From the NCBI GenBank assembly GCA_040219255.1, contig JAVJSW010000012.1, positions 64,001-128,000 of the forward strand: 64,000 nucleotides of DNA, read 5' to 3'. The DNA comes from Sumerlaeia bacterium (GTDB lineage Bacteria > Sumerlaeota > Sumerlaeia > SLMS01 > JAHLLQ01). Below, piece by piece: positions 1 through 12,499 of the stretch. A program made the translations under genes and the position numbers. Positions within the stretch are counted from its first letter, which is position 1. Each line of letters begins with the position of its first letter. The notes beneath the pieces were generated by a model that was not told where the DNA came from, made no database searches, and saw only the letters and a program-made list of their open reading frames with translations.

Positions 1-229
1 CCACTAATGAGACACGATTGTCATTTGTCCGCTGACAAGGGATCTCGAAGGGCCCCGATTTCCGATGCGAAGACTTGTCAAAAAACGACTTGGGCTTGCG
101 ACCCGAACAACCGGTGCAATCCTGCCCCCGTCACCCCATTATCTGTGTGCAGAGGTGGAAGTCCGAAGGGAGGGGCCAGAATATCGGCGCCTGCCACGAT
201 TCGATTTGGGATTTCTGTAGCCGCATAAT

Positions 230-259
230 AAAACCAGACCCCGATTGTCCGGGGTCTGG
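230..259 (-). terminator. Rho-independent terminator of secA
   Basis: Stem CCAGACCCCG/CGGGGTCTGG (234-243/250-259); the A-run at 230-233 is the U-tract on the minus strand, ~40 nt after the secA stop. Confidence 0.7.
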
Positions 260-300
260 CGAAGGAGGTTCAGGAATGGGACCGGTTTTCCGGCGCTCGC

Positions 301-3765
<3,465 letters not shown>

Positions 3766-3818
3766 GGTGTTCTCCTGCCGGATTCGTCCGGCGCTCTTCG
3801 TCGATTGGGGTCAGGGTT

Positions 3819-4367
3819 TCAGACAGCGGGGAGAACCGTGCGGCCGGCGGCGTCGATGGCGACGCCTTCGCGTTCGAGAAGCCAGCGCTTCATTTCCAGA
3901 CCCCCGCCGTAGTTGCCCAGCGAACCGTCGCTGCGCACCACGCGGTGGCACGGAATGAGAAGCGGGAGAGGATTGCGCGCCATCACACCGCCGATGGCCC
4001 GGCTGCCCTTGGGATTGCCGACCGCTTTGGCCAGTTGCCCGTAGGAGCGGACTTCCCCGCGGGGAATGGCGGCGCAGGCTTCGGAGACTTCACGGGCGAA
4101 GGGCGTCAGCTCGGGCCACACCATTCGTTCCCGCAAGTCTTCGAAACACCCCGAGCCATCGCAAGCCTTGGCCAGCAAATCCGCCAGCTCCAGCGATTCG
4201 CGGGTTCTTACGAACCGGAAGCGCTCGCCGGGGCGGGTGGCTTTTTCCAGCGCGGCGTTGGCTTGCCCCATGGTCAGGGGTGGCAGCCAGAGGGCCACGA
4301 TGGCTCCCTCGCGGCTGGCGACCAATCCTTCTCCGAACGGCGTCTTGAAGACGCTGCCGTCCAGCAC
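3819..4367 (-). CDS. ogt: Methylated-DNA--protein-cysteine methyltransferase
   Basis: IPRGEVRSYGQLA, NPLPLLIPCHRVV active site, KRWLLEREG; GTG start at 4367 chosen (SD-like AGGTG just upstream) instead of the track's 4643. Confidence 0.92.
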   Translation of the reverse strand: MLDGSVFKTPFGEGLVASREGAIVALWLPPLTMGQANAALEKATRPGERFRFVRTRESLELADLLAKACDGSGCFEDLRERMVWPELTPFAREVSEACAAIPRGEVRSYGQLAKAVGNPKGSRAIGGVMARNPLPLLIPCHRVVRSDGSLGNYGGGLEMKRWLLEREGVAIDAAGRTVLPAV

Positions 4368-4371
4368 TTTG

Positions 4372-4794
4372 TCACCTGGGATTGGGCGGACCACGGCGCT
4401 TGAGGGGCAGGTGCCCGGGTTCGAGGGGACGAACGGCGCTGGCGGCGTCGGGCGAACCCTGGGCGGCGTTGGAATGGAAATTCTGAAGGGAGAACGATTT
4501 GGGCCGCGCGTGACCGCTGAAGCAGCGGGGAAAGGGCGAGGGCGTTCGCTTCTGCGTCTCTTCGCGGGACTCGGTGGCCGCCTGCACCAGAACGGCTTCC
4601 ACGATCTTGCGCTGACGCTCGCCCATGGCGGCTCGGACTTCACCCCGCGCGTAGGGCATCCACCAGTCCGCCGCCCGGCCGGGCCCGGGTGTGACGCAGG
4701 TCGCCGCCAGCGGCAACAGCATCACCAGCACCATCGGCGGAATGCGCCGGTGTGTCGCGGAGGAGAAGCTGGTGCGCTGGTCGCTCTGTGCCAT
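4372..4794 (-). CDS. Putative secretion-monitor leader protein (hydrophobic N-terminal segment, C-terminal RGPP)
   Basis: 140 aa; RRIPPMVLVMLLPLAATCVT near the N-terminus; ends LKRRGPPNPR*; stop lies 4 nt before the ogt start; TTGACA on the minus strand at 4827-4832. Confidence 0.6.
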   Translation of the reverse strand: MAQSDQRTSFSSATHRRIPPMVLVMLLPLAATCVTPGPGRAADWWMPYARGEVRAAMGERQRKIVEAVLVQAATESREETQKRTPSPFPRCFSGHARPKSFSLQNFHSNAAQGSPDAASAVRPLEPGHLPLKRRGPPNPR

Positions 4795-4962
4795 AGGGAC
4801 CCACAAGACGGTCAGAAACCGCGTGATGTCAAAGGAAAGTGCCAGTTGCGGGCCAACCGCCAAAGACCTTCGATTCAGCCATTCCAGCTTGCCCGCTCCA
4901 ACCGTCTGCGGTTCAATCGCATTTGCCTCTCGATTTTTGAAAACCCAGGAAAGGGCTCCGCT

Positions 4963-6477
4963 TTGACTGCCTCCTCCCTGACGCGACAGACCTTACTCGG
5001 ACTCATGGCCTCCGTTTTGGCGGTGCCGCTCCTGGCCCAATCGCCTCCCCGCGGCCTCGTCATCATGGCCCAGGGCGAAGGCCTGCGGAGCACCCGCGAA
5101 GTGTCCCGCCTGGTCGAAAACATCGCGCCCGTGGCTTTTGACCAGCTCATCCTGGAAGTGCGCGGCTACGACGGTACCCTCTACGATTCCGATCTGGAAC
5201 CCCGCGCCTACGCCACCAGCCCCGGCGCCCCGGAGGACCCGGTGCGGGCTTTGGAGGACGCGCTGACCGATGACGGCCGCACCTCCGCTGCGATCTGGCT
5301 CCTGATGGAAACGCTGCCGTCCTACGATGCCGAGTTCACTTCCCGCCCGCCGGAGGGCTCGACCATGGACCGCCTGAGTAGGGCCACCATGTTCCGGGCC
5401 GACGGCGAGAAGCTGACCAGCGAGCGCCTGATGCTGCTGGACCCGGGCGTGCGGGCCACTCAGGAGCACCTGCTGGCCATGATCCGCGAAGTGGCCGAAC
5501 GCTACCAGCCCCCCGGTATCGTGCTGAACGGCATCGCATTCCCGAGCGCCGAATGGGGCTACAACGCGCAAAGCATCGCCGCCTTCCGGGCGGCCGTGGG
5601 CGGCGTGGGGCCGCCGCCGCCGGACAATGGCGTCTGGATGGTCTGGCGCCGAGAGGTCCTGACCTACTTCCTGCGTCAGGTTGACGAAATGCTGGCCGAA
5701 GTGTCGCCCGACACGCGGCTCGGCGTGATTGTCAGTGCGGAAGGTCCGGCGCCCAGTTCCTGGGCCGAATGGGAAGCTTCCACCGCCTATCGCGACCGGC
5801 TGCAAGACTGGGTCGGTTGGGCCGAGGAGGGTCTGGTGGACGTGCTCTACGTGAGCCGGCCGACACGCCCAGGCCTGGAAGAGGAGTACGAATTCAACGA
5901 GTGGCTGGATTTCGCCCGGGCCCATTCCTACGGGGCGAAAGTCACGGCCTGGATCGACGCCGAATCGGCCATTCCGGCGGATCTGATCGGGCGCCTTCGT
6001 GGAGCCCGCCGGCGGGGCGCGGGCGTGGCTTTGTCCCATTACGCCAAGCCCGCTCGCCAGGTCCTCAACGATTACTTCGAGCAAATGCTGCCCGGCGCCC
6101 TCGGCGTCAGCGCCGCCGTGGTCCGCCCGGACGAACCCTTCGAACACCAGCGCCGCCGTCCAGACTTCAGCCGCGTCACGACTCCGCCACCGTCGCTCGA
6201 TCCCACACCCACGCCGACCCCCACCCCCACTCCGGAACCCCTTCGCCGCACCCCGGCGCCGACGCCAACGCCCGACCTCTTCGATGCCCCCCCACCGCCG
6301 CCGCTCCTGGAGCTGAATCGCCAGACGCAGCGCATCGTCATGAAAAACGGACAAATCATCGAAGGCGTCGTCGTCCGTCGCGATGACCTGCGCGGAACCT
6401 TCCGCGTCCGTCTCGACAACGGCACGATGCTGACCCTTGAGGACGCCCAGGTTGAATCCCTCTCCCCCCTGGAGTGA
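4963..6477 (+). CDS. GHL10/YddW (DUF187)-like TIM-barrel secreted protein with Pro/Thr linker and small C-terminal beta domain
   Basis: Signal peptide; LDPGVRATQEHLLAM, WMVWRREVLT, QDWVGWAEEGLVD resemble GHL10 motifs; PTPTPTP linker; TTG start after AGGAAAGG (ATG 5005 is an alternative). Confidence 0.75.
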   Translation: MTASSLTRQTLLGLMASVLAVPLLAQSPPRGLVIMAQGEGLRSTREVSRLVENIAPVAFDQLILEVRGYDGTLYDSDLEPRAYATSPGAPEDPVRALEDALTDDGRTSAAIWLLMETLPSYDAEFTSRPPEGSTMDRLSRATMFRADGEKLTSERLMLLDPGVRATQEHLLAMIREVAERYQPPGIVLNGIAFPSAEWGYNAQSIAAFRAAVGGVGPPPPDNGVWMVWRREVLTYFLRQVDEMLAEVSPDTRLGVIVSAEGPAPSSWAEWEASTAYRDRLQDWVGWAEEGLVDVLYVSRPTRPGLEEEYEFNEWLDFARAHSYGAKVTAWIDAESAIPADLIGRLRGARRRGAGVALSHYAKPARQVLNDYFEQMLPGALGVSAAVVRPDEPFEHQRRRPDFSRVTTPPPSLDPTPTPTPTPTPEPLRRTPAPTPTPDLFDAPPPPPLLELNRQTQRIVMKNGQIIEGVVVRRDDLRGTFRVRLDNGTMLTLEDAQVESLSPLE

Positions 6478-6505
6478 GGCCGCCACCGAGGAAGACTCCG
6501 GATGG

Positions 6506-6961
6506 ATGGACCGGGCGCTGGGCTGGGCGCGTTTGGCCGCCCGGCGCGGCGAAGTCCCCATCGGCGCCGTGATCGTCTCCGCCGAACGGGAACTCCTAGG
6601 CGGCGCCCACGATGGCAAGGAAGTCTTCCTGGAGCCGACGGCCCACGCGGAGATCCTGGCGATTCGCCAGGCCGCCGCCGCCACTGGCGACTGGCGCCTC
6701 GATGACGCGTGCCTTTATGTGACGGCCGAGCCTTGCCCCATGTGCGCCGGAGCCATCGTCCACGCCCGTATCGCACGGGTCGTATACGCCGCGCCGAACC
6801 CGCGCTGGGGCTGCTGCTCCGGCGAACTGAATCTGCTGGCGCAGCCGCGCTTCAATCACCGCCCGATGGTCGTTTCCGGCGTTCGTCAGGAGGAATCGGC
6901 GGCGCTCCTGCGCGAGACCTTCCGGCGTTATCGCCAGGAGCGTCAGGCGGCGGAGGAATAG
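6506..6961 (+). CDS. tadA: tRNA adenosine(34) deaminase
   Basis: GEVPIGAVIV, TAHAEILAIR, EPCPMCAGAI, FNH motifs; start uncertain (6437 or 6506). Confidence 0.93.
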   Translation: MDRALGWARLAARRGEVPIGAVIVSAERELLGGAHDGKEVFLEPTAHAEILAIRQAAAATGDWRLDDACLYVTAEPCPMCAGAIVHARIARVVYAAPNPRWGCCSGELNLLAQPRFNHRPMVVSGVRQEESAALLRETFRRYRQERQAAEE

Positions 6962-7106
6962 CGCAGGCTTCGCCCTGGCCCTCGCCCGAGCAGCAAGGCT
7001 CCACATTGGTGCCGCAGCGGGCGCACTGCACATGGCCATGCACGGGCACCGGCGAGTAAGGCGCACCACAGAACGGGCATCGGACAAAGGCGGGCCGGAG
7101 CGTCAT
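6852..7106 (-). CDS. Small Cys-rich zinc-ribbon-like protein
   Basis: MTLRPAFVRCPFCGAPYSPVPVHGHVQCARCGTNVEPCCSG: CxxC...HxxCxxC...CC; the core occupies the tadA-yjbQ gap. Confidence 0.55.
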   Translation of the reverse strand: MTLRPAFVRCPFCGAPYSPVPVHGHVQCARCGTNVEPCCSGEGQGEACAIPPPPDAPGDNAGRSRAGAPPIPPDERRKRPSGGD

Positions 7107-7163
7107 GGACCGCACCTTGCCCAGCCAAACCCGCCCGGCACAAGCCCCGCGAAAGGACTCGCC

Positions 7164-7586
7164 ATGGAAATTTCGACTCAATCCCTTAGCTTCGAGACAA
7201 AGGGCATGACCGACATCCTGGATATCACGCCCCAGGTGGAAGAGCTGCTGCTCGCCTCTGGCCTGCGCGAAGGCACGGCGACCCTCTTCGTACCGGGCGC
7301 GACGGCGGGGCTCTCGACCATCGAGTTCGAGCCGGGCCTGCTGAAGGACCTGCCGGAGTTTTTCGAGGAAATCGCCCCCTACGGCCGCGACTGGCACCAC
7401 CACAAAACCTGGGGCGATCGCAACGGCGCGTCGCACATCCGGGCGCCTCTGATCGGGCCTTCGCTCGTTGTGCCGTTCGTCGATGGGCGCCTGACGCTGG
7501 GAACGTGGCAGCAGATCGTACTCTTCGATTTCGACGACCGCCCGCGCCAGCGCCGGGTGGTCTGTCAGTTGGCGGGCGTGAAGTAG
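7164..7586 (+). CDS. yjbQ: YjbQ/UPF0047 family protein
   Basis: NGASHIRA, LGTWQQIVLFDFD motifs; AAGGA RBS. Confidence 0.92.
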   Translation: MEISTQSLSFETKGMTDILDITPQVEELLLASGLREGTATLFVPGATAGLSTIEFEPGLLKDLPEFFEEIAPYGRDWHHHKTWGDRNGASHIRAPLIGPSLVVPFVDGRLTLGTWQQIVLFDFDDRPRQRRVVCQLAGVK

Positions 7587-7587
7587 C

Positions 7588-8745
7588 GTGCGGTGGCTTT
7601 GGGCGCTGGGGCTGTTGGCGACGGTGCTCTGCGCGGGTTGCCGGGCGGGGCGGGAAACGTTCGTCTATGAAGCGAACCCGGAGCGCGCCGGCTTCTCGCG
7701 CGACGCCTGGACCCAAATCGCCCTGCCCATCGAAGACGCGGTGCGCCAGGGCCAGATGCCCGGCGCCGTGATTTCCGTCGGGCGCGACGGCCGCATTGTC
7801 TTCGAGCGCGCTTTCGGCACTCGCGATCCGATGGCCAAAGGCCGCCCCCCCATGACCCGCGACACCCTGTTCGATGTGGCGTCACTGACCAAGCCGGTGG
7901 CGACGGCGGCGGCGGTGGGGGCGCTGGTCTGCGAAGGCCTGCTCGCGGCGGACGGCGGAATTCCCGGCGAGGAACTGTCGCTCGACGCTCTTCTGACCCA
8001 TTCGGCGGGTTTGCCTGAGTACATCGACCCACGGCGCCTGGCGAGTGTCCCCGGCGGCCCTGGCCGTCCCGGATCGACGGCGCTGGCCCTCGCCCGGGCG
8101 GAGAACGTTCTGAGTCCGGGCGGCCAATACCGCTACGGGAACCTGGGTTATCTGCTGCTGTCGCAGTTCGTGGAGGACCAGACCGGCGAAGCGCTCGGCG
8201 ATTTCGCCGCGGACGAGGTGTGGCGGCCGCTGGGCATGACGCGGACGACGTTTCATCCGGCGGCGGTCGAAGAACGCCTGGCGCGGTCGGCGGGCGATGT
8301 GCCGCTGGGCCGGCCGTTCGATCCGCTGGCGCATTGGGTGCTGCTGAACGCGCCGGGGCGGGACCCGGGCCACAGCGGGTTGTTCTCGACAGCGACGGAC
8401 CTGACGCGATTTGCGCAGTCGGTGCTGGCGCCGGCCGGCCAGCGCTGGCAGTGTCTGTCGGCCTTTCTTCTCGGAGGCGGCCGGGAAATCCCCCACTGGC
8501 CCGGGCCGGAGGGCGTGGCCCTGGCGGGCGCCGCCCGCCGCACCCGCGCCTTCGCCCTCGCTGACGACGGCAGCCTGAGCCACACCGGCTACACGGGGGC
8601 GGTGCTCTATCTGGACCCTGAGACCGGGCTTTCAATTGTGCTGCTGACGAACGCTTCCTATGGCAATGCGGCAGAGTTTGAAGACCTCTGGGCGGCAGTG
8701 CTCCGCACCACCCGCCGCAGCCTGAAAGAAGATCGCTCGCCATGA
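7588..8745 (+). CDS. Serine hydrolase, beta-lactamase/AmpC family, probable lipoprotein
   Basis: FDVASLTK (SxxK), LLTHSAGL, YRYGNLGY, HTGYTG; lipobox-like LCAGC. Confidence 0.88.
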   Translation: MRWLWALGLLATVLCAGCRAGRETFVYEANPERAGFSRDAWTQIALPIEDAVRQGQMPGAVISVGRDGRIVFERAFGTRDPMAKGRPPMTRDTLFDVASLTKPVATAAAVGALVCEGLLAADGGIPGEELSLDALLTHSAGLPEYIDPRRLASVPGGPGRPGSTALALARAENVLSPGGQYRYGNLGYLLLSQFVEDQTGEALGDFAADEVWRPLGMTRTTFHPAAVEERLARSAGDVPLGRPFDPLAHWVLLNAPGRDPGHSGLFSTATDLTRFAQSVLAPAGQRWQCLSAFLLGGGREIPHWPGPEGVALAGAARRTRAFALADDGSLSHTGYTGAVLYLDPETGLSIVLLTNASYGNAAEFEDLWAAVLRTTRRSLKEDRSP

Positions 8746-9242
8746 CCGAACCCCAAGACCCGACGCACCAAGACCTGACCCACCTGAACGCCAAGGGCGA
8801 AGCCCACATGGTCGATGTGGGCGCGAAAGCCACCACCGGCCGCGAAGCCATCGCGGAGGGCGAACTGCTCGCCCGGGCCGAGGTGCTCGACGCGCTCTTC
8901 GGCGGAAAGCTGGCCAAGGGCGATGCGCTCGCCGTGGCGCGGGTCGCGGGGATTCAGGCGGCGAAACGCACCGCCGAACTGATTCCGCTCTGCCATCCCA
9001 TCGCCACGACCTACGTGGCCGTCGACATCGACCGTGCCGCCGGCCGCGACGCCGCCGTTGTGCGCGCCACGGTGCGCGTGACGGAGAAAACCGGCGCCGA
9101 AATGGAAGCCATGACGGCCGTCGGCGTGGCGCTCTTGACGCTCTACGACATGGGCAAAGCCCTGCAGAAAGACATGAAAATCACCGCTCTCCGCCTGCGC
9201 AAGAAGACCGGCGGGAAGAGCGGTGACGTGGAGTTTGACTGA
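8742..9242 (+). CDS. moaC: Cyclic pyranopterin monophosphate synthase MoaC
   Basis: HMVDVGAK, LIPLCHP, TGAEMEAM, YDMGKA, KTGGKSG. Confidence 0.96.
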   Translation: MTEPQDPTHQDLTHLNAKGEAHMVDVGAKATTGREAIAEGELLARAEVLDALFGGKLAKGDALAVARVAGIQAAKRTAELIPLCHPIATTYVAVDIDRAAGRDAAVVRATVRVTEKTGAEMEAMTAVGVALLTLYDMGKALQKDMKITALRLRKKTGGKSGDVEFD

Positions 9243-9253
9243 TTGGCCGGGGG

Positions 9254-9418
9254 TTACTTCCCGAAGATCAGGTACAAGGCGTGCAGGAAGCCGAGGATCC
9301 AGAAGCCGATGATGGTCAGGACCAGGTTGATCCAGAAGTCGGCGTTGATGCCGCTGCGGAGAAAAACCGCCAGCGGCGGCAGGAAGAAGGCGATGATGGC
9401 GAGGATCGGTTTGCTCAT
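9254..9418 (-). CDS. YqaE/Pmp3 family small membrane protein (54 aa, absent from the ORF track)
   Basis: Manual translation MSKPILAIIAFFLPPLAVFLRSGINADFWINLVLTIIGFWILGFLHALYLIFGK shows the LPPLAV...FWINL.LT...G..HALY signature. Confidence 0.93.
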   Translation of the reverse strand: MSKPILAIIAFFLPPLAVFLRSGINADFWINLVLTIIGFWILGFLHALYLIFGK

Positions 9419-9505
9419 GAGTATGATGTTCCTTGAGTTGGTTATGCAGGAAAGGATCGGAGAACCCTTCCGTGGTTCAATCCCTCAAGCAACATCAGGT
9501 CCGGG

Positions 9506-10249
9506 TCAGACTTTTTGCGCCACCAGAACCATCTCCGTGCTTTGACGGGGATCGAACTCTTCGTCATCAAAGTCCTCCGACACGCTTTTTAGGGCAAGCC
9601 CCACCTTCGTCATGGCCCGTTCGATTTCCGTTTTCGTATAAAGCCGCAGGGCGAATTGCCAGGCCTGCTCCTCGCCGGTGCCCAGATGGCGCCAGACGCC
9701 GCCGCCGATCAAGGACTTGCTGTCCTTGTCCACGCGGTACTGCTCGGTCAGTTCGTGATCGCCGCTGATCATCATGCGCGGTGCCGTCTCGCGGATCAGC
9801 GACGCCATACCGGTGCGATTGGGAATCTGCATGACGAAGGGAGCACCGGGCGAGAGCACCCGCGCCCACTCGGCCAGCATCGCCAGGTTGTCCTCGTGCG
9901 GAAAATAGCCGAAGGTGTTGAATACGCAATAGAGCCCGGAGAAGGCCCCGCCAGCGAAAGGCAGTGCCCGCATATCGCCCTGCACGGCGCGGCGGCCGCG
10001 CTTGGGATGGCGGTCCAGCAGATGGCGGAAGCGGTCGATCCCGACGACATCGATCTTCTGTTTGCGCAGGCGCTTCAGATGGCGGCCAAAGCCACAGCCC
10101 ACATCGAGCACCAGACCGCCAGCGGGGGCGAAGACTTCGGCCAGGAAATCGGCTTCGATCTCCGTCTGGTCCTCATCCAGGAGAGGACCTTCGTACATGG
10201 AACGGTAGAGCGGCGAGAAGTAGGTCCGCCACCAATCAACTGGCAGCAC
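9506..10249 (-). CDS. Class I SAM-dependent methyltransferase
   Basis: VLDVGCGFGRH, GDMRALPF, FNTFGYF. Confidence 0.9.
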   Translation of the reverse strand: MLPVDWWRTYFSPLYRSMYEGPLLDEDQTEIEADFLAEVFAPAGGLVLDVGCGFGRHLKRLRKQKIDVVGIDRFRHLLDRHPKRGRRAVQGDMRALPFAGGAFSGLYCVFNTFGYFPHEDNLAMLAEWARVLSPGAPFVMQIPNRTGMASLIRETAPRMMISGDHELTEQYRVDKDSKSLIGGGVWRHLGTGEEQAWQFALRLYTKTEIERAMTKVGLALKSVSEDFDDEEFDPRQSTEMVLVAQKV

Positions 10250-11360
10250 CGGCGGTCTCCCGGCAGTCGCGGATCACGGCGCGAACTTCGTCGTCCGTCA
10301 CGTCTCGGACGATGTCCACGTGGCCCAGGCGGGTGGGCAGGACGTAGTTGACCTTGCCGTTGCGGGTTTTCTTGTCGATGCGAGTGCGGCGGAGAAGCTG
10401 CTCCTCGCCCAGGGTGGCGGGAATACGGGTTGGCAGGTTGGCCTTCTCGATCAGCGCCACCAGGCGCTCGTGCTCTCTCTCGGTCCAGCCCTCGATGCCG
10501 CGCCTCACGGTCAGCAGCGAGGCCGCCACCATACCGATAGCGACACATTCGCCGTGGCGCAGGCCGCCGTAGTCGGCTTCCGCCTCGACGGCGTGGCCCA
10601 GCGTGTGGCCAAAGTTCAGAATCGCCCGCAGGCCCGACTCGCGCTCGTCCTGAGACACCACGTCGGCCTTGATTTCGACACTGCGCTGAATTGTGTGGAC
10701 GAGGTGCGAGACGTCGGCGGGATCGAAGAGAACCTCGATGTGCCCTTCAAGAAAGGCGAAGAACTCGGCGTCGTAAATCACACCGTACTTGATGACTTCG
10801 GCGAGGCCCGAAGCCCGTTCTTCAGCGGGCAGAGTTTGCAGCAGATCCAGATCGGCGACCACGAGGCGGGGCTGATGAAAGGCGCCGACGAGGTTCTTGC
10901 CTTGCGGAAGATTGATGCCCGTCTTGCCGCCGACGCTGCTATCGACCATGGCGAGAAGAGTCGTCGGGACCTGGACAAAGGAGACGCCGCGCAGGTAGCT
11001 GGCCGCCGCGAACCCGGCGAGATCGCCGACCATGCCGCCGCCCAGGGCAACAACGCTGGACCCGCGATCAAAGTTGCCGTCGGCCAAGACGCCCCAAATG
11101 CGGGCCACTTCGTCCGCGTTCTTGCTGGCTTCGCCGCTGGGCACCTGATGGATGGCACAGTCGAAACCGGCGTCTGCGAGCTTGCGGAAAATCAACTTTC
11201 CCGCGGGCGAGGCGACCGCTTCATCGCAGACGATGAGCGTCTGATTGCCAGCGACGGCGGCACGCAGCGTTTCGCCCAGCGTGTCGATCAGGCGCCGGCC
11301 GATCAGAATGTCATAGGAGCGGTCGCCCAAGGCGACGGAGACTCGAGCCTGAGGAGCCAT
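10236..11360 (-). CDS. aroB: 3-dehydroquinate synthase
   Basis: GGGMVGDLAGF, PTTLLAMVDSSVGGKTGIN, LNFGHTLGHA, HGECVAIGM. Confidence 0.97.
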   Translation of the reverse strand: MAPQARVSVALGDRSYDILIGRRLIDTLGETLRAAVAGNQTLIVCDEAVASPAGKLIFRKLADAGFDCAIHQVPSGEASKNADEVARIWGVLADGNFDRGSSVVALGGGMVGDLAGFAAASYLRGVSFVQVPTTLLAMVDSSVGGKTGINLPQGKNLVGAFHQPRLVVADLDLLQTLPAEERASGLAEVIKYGVIYDAEFFAFLEGHIEVLFDPADVSHLVHTIQRSVEIKADVVSQDERESGLRAILNFGHTLGHAVEAEADYGGLRHGECVAIGMVAASLLTVRRGIEGWTEREHERLVALIEKANLPTRIPATLGEEQLLRRTRIDKKTRNGKVNYVLPTRLGHVDIVRDVTDDEVRAVIRDCRETAGAAS

Positions 11361-11393
11361 AAGCTGGGCCGGAAGGGAAGCGGAGAGAGTGGA

Positions 11394-11813
11394 TTATTCG
11401 GAGACAGGGGCGGCTTCGCCACCGGCGTCCGGCGCCGCGGCGGCCGGAGCGGCGGAGGGGACGGTCTGGACGCTGGCCGGCGCGGGCTGATCGTCGGCCA
11501 AAGTGCCCAACGGCGAGGCGCCGCGGGAATTGCCCATGAACGTCAGCAGGAAGCAGAGAACGAAAAAGGCGCCCATCGTAATGCCGGTGATGTTGGCGAG
11601 TTTCCTTTCGGCGTCGGTGGCGCCGAAGGATTCAGTAATCGCCGTGCCGGCGGCGCCACCGCCAAGACCGCCCATGCCGCCGGATTTCGACGGCTGGATC
11701 AGCACCACCAGGATGATGAAGAGGCAGAGGATGACGAAAACGAGACCGAGAAGAAAAAGAAGCATGATGACGTTGGCTGCCGTTGAGGACACGGGATTGG
11801 AGCGCGCGAACAT
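11394..11813 (-). CDS. secG: Preprotein translocase subunit SecG
   Basis: TM1-VLIQPSKSGGMGGLGGG-TM2 pattern; the start may be the later ATG (MLLFLL). Confidence 0.9.
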   Translation of the reverse strand: MFARSNPVSSTAANVIMLLFLLGLVFVILCLFIILVVLIQPSKSGGMGGLGGGAAGTAITESFGATDAERKLANITGITMGAFFVLCFLLTFMGNSRGASPLGTLADDQPAPASVQTVPSAAPAAAAPDAGGEAAPVSE

Positions 11814-11862
11814 AGCGCTCGCACGAAAGGGGCCGAAGCGTGGGCGCGGGGCGGGCGGGCTG

Positions 11863-12429
11863 TCAAGGGCAGAAGGCTGCCGGGCCCGCCTTCGCGTATT
11901 TCTCGCGGTACAGTTCGAGGGCGAGTTCGATCTGGCGCTTGGCGTTCTTCGCGCCCTTCCATCCGAGGCCGCGGACGCTGGTGCCTTCCAGGTCCTTGTA
12001 GGTCGCGAAGAAGTGGGCGATTTCGTCCTGGGCGTGCTCCGACATGTCGTCGATGTCCTGCCAGTGGCGGAACCGGGGGTTCGTGGCGGGGACGCACAGA
12101 ATCTTGTCGTCGTGCTGACTTTGGTCCAGCATGCGGAAGATGCCGATGGGGCGGGCGTGGATCACACAGCCGACGCGGGTCGGTTCGTCGAGGATCACAA
12201 GGACGTCGAGAGGGTCGTCGTCGAGGTAGTGGGTCTGGGGTATGAAGCCGTAGTCGCCCGGGTAGATCATGGGCGAGTAAAGCGTGCGCGAGAGTTTGAA
12301 CATCCCCGTCTCTTTGTGCAGTTCGTACTTATTGCGCGAGCCCTTGGGGATCTCGACCACCACATTGATAATGTCGGGGGGGTTCTCGCCCGGAGAAAGT
12401 TCGTGTAGAGGATGCATCGGCGCGTCCAT
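11863..12429 (-). CDS. ppa: Family I inorganic pyrophosphatase
   Basis: VEIPKGSRNKYE, YPGDYGFIPQT, DDDPLDVLV, DDKIL; start 12429 or 12417. Confidence 0.96.
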   Translation of the reverse strand: MDAPMHPLHELSPGENPPDIINVVVEIPKGSRNKYELHKETGMFKLSRTLYSPMIYPGDYGFIPQTHYLDDDPLDVLVILDEPTRVGCVIHARPIGIFRMLDQSQHDDKILCVPATNPRFRHWQDIDDMSEHAQDEIAHFFATYKDLEGTSVRGLGWKGAKNAKRQIELALELYREKYAKAGPAAFCP

Positions 12430-12499
12430 ATCGGATAGGTATGACCCATTGCCACGCGGCGGGCGGGGTGGTGTCAAGGCCGGGGGGCGCCCCAGCCCA

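Noticed and set aside
4066-4962. N-terminal 300 aa of the 803-aa ORF
   Set aside because: Antisense to ogt and the leader ORF; the signal peptide and RBS point to a start at 4963 or 5005
6200-6275. Tandem ACNCCN repeats
   Set aside because: They encode an ordinary Pro/Thr linker and are not a DNA-level repeat element
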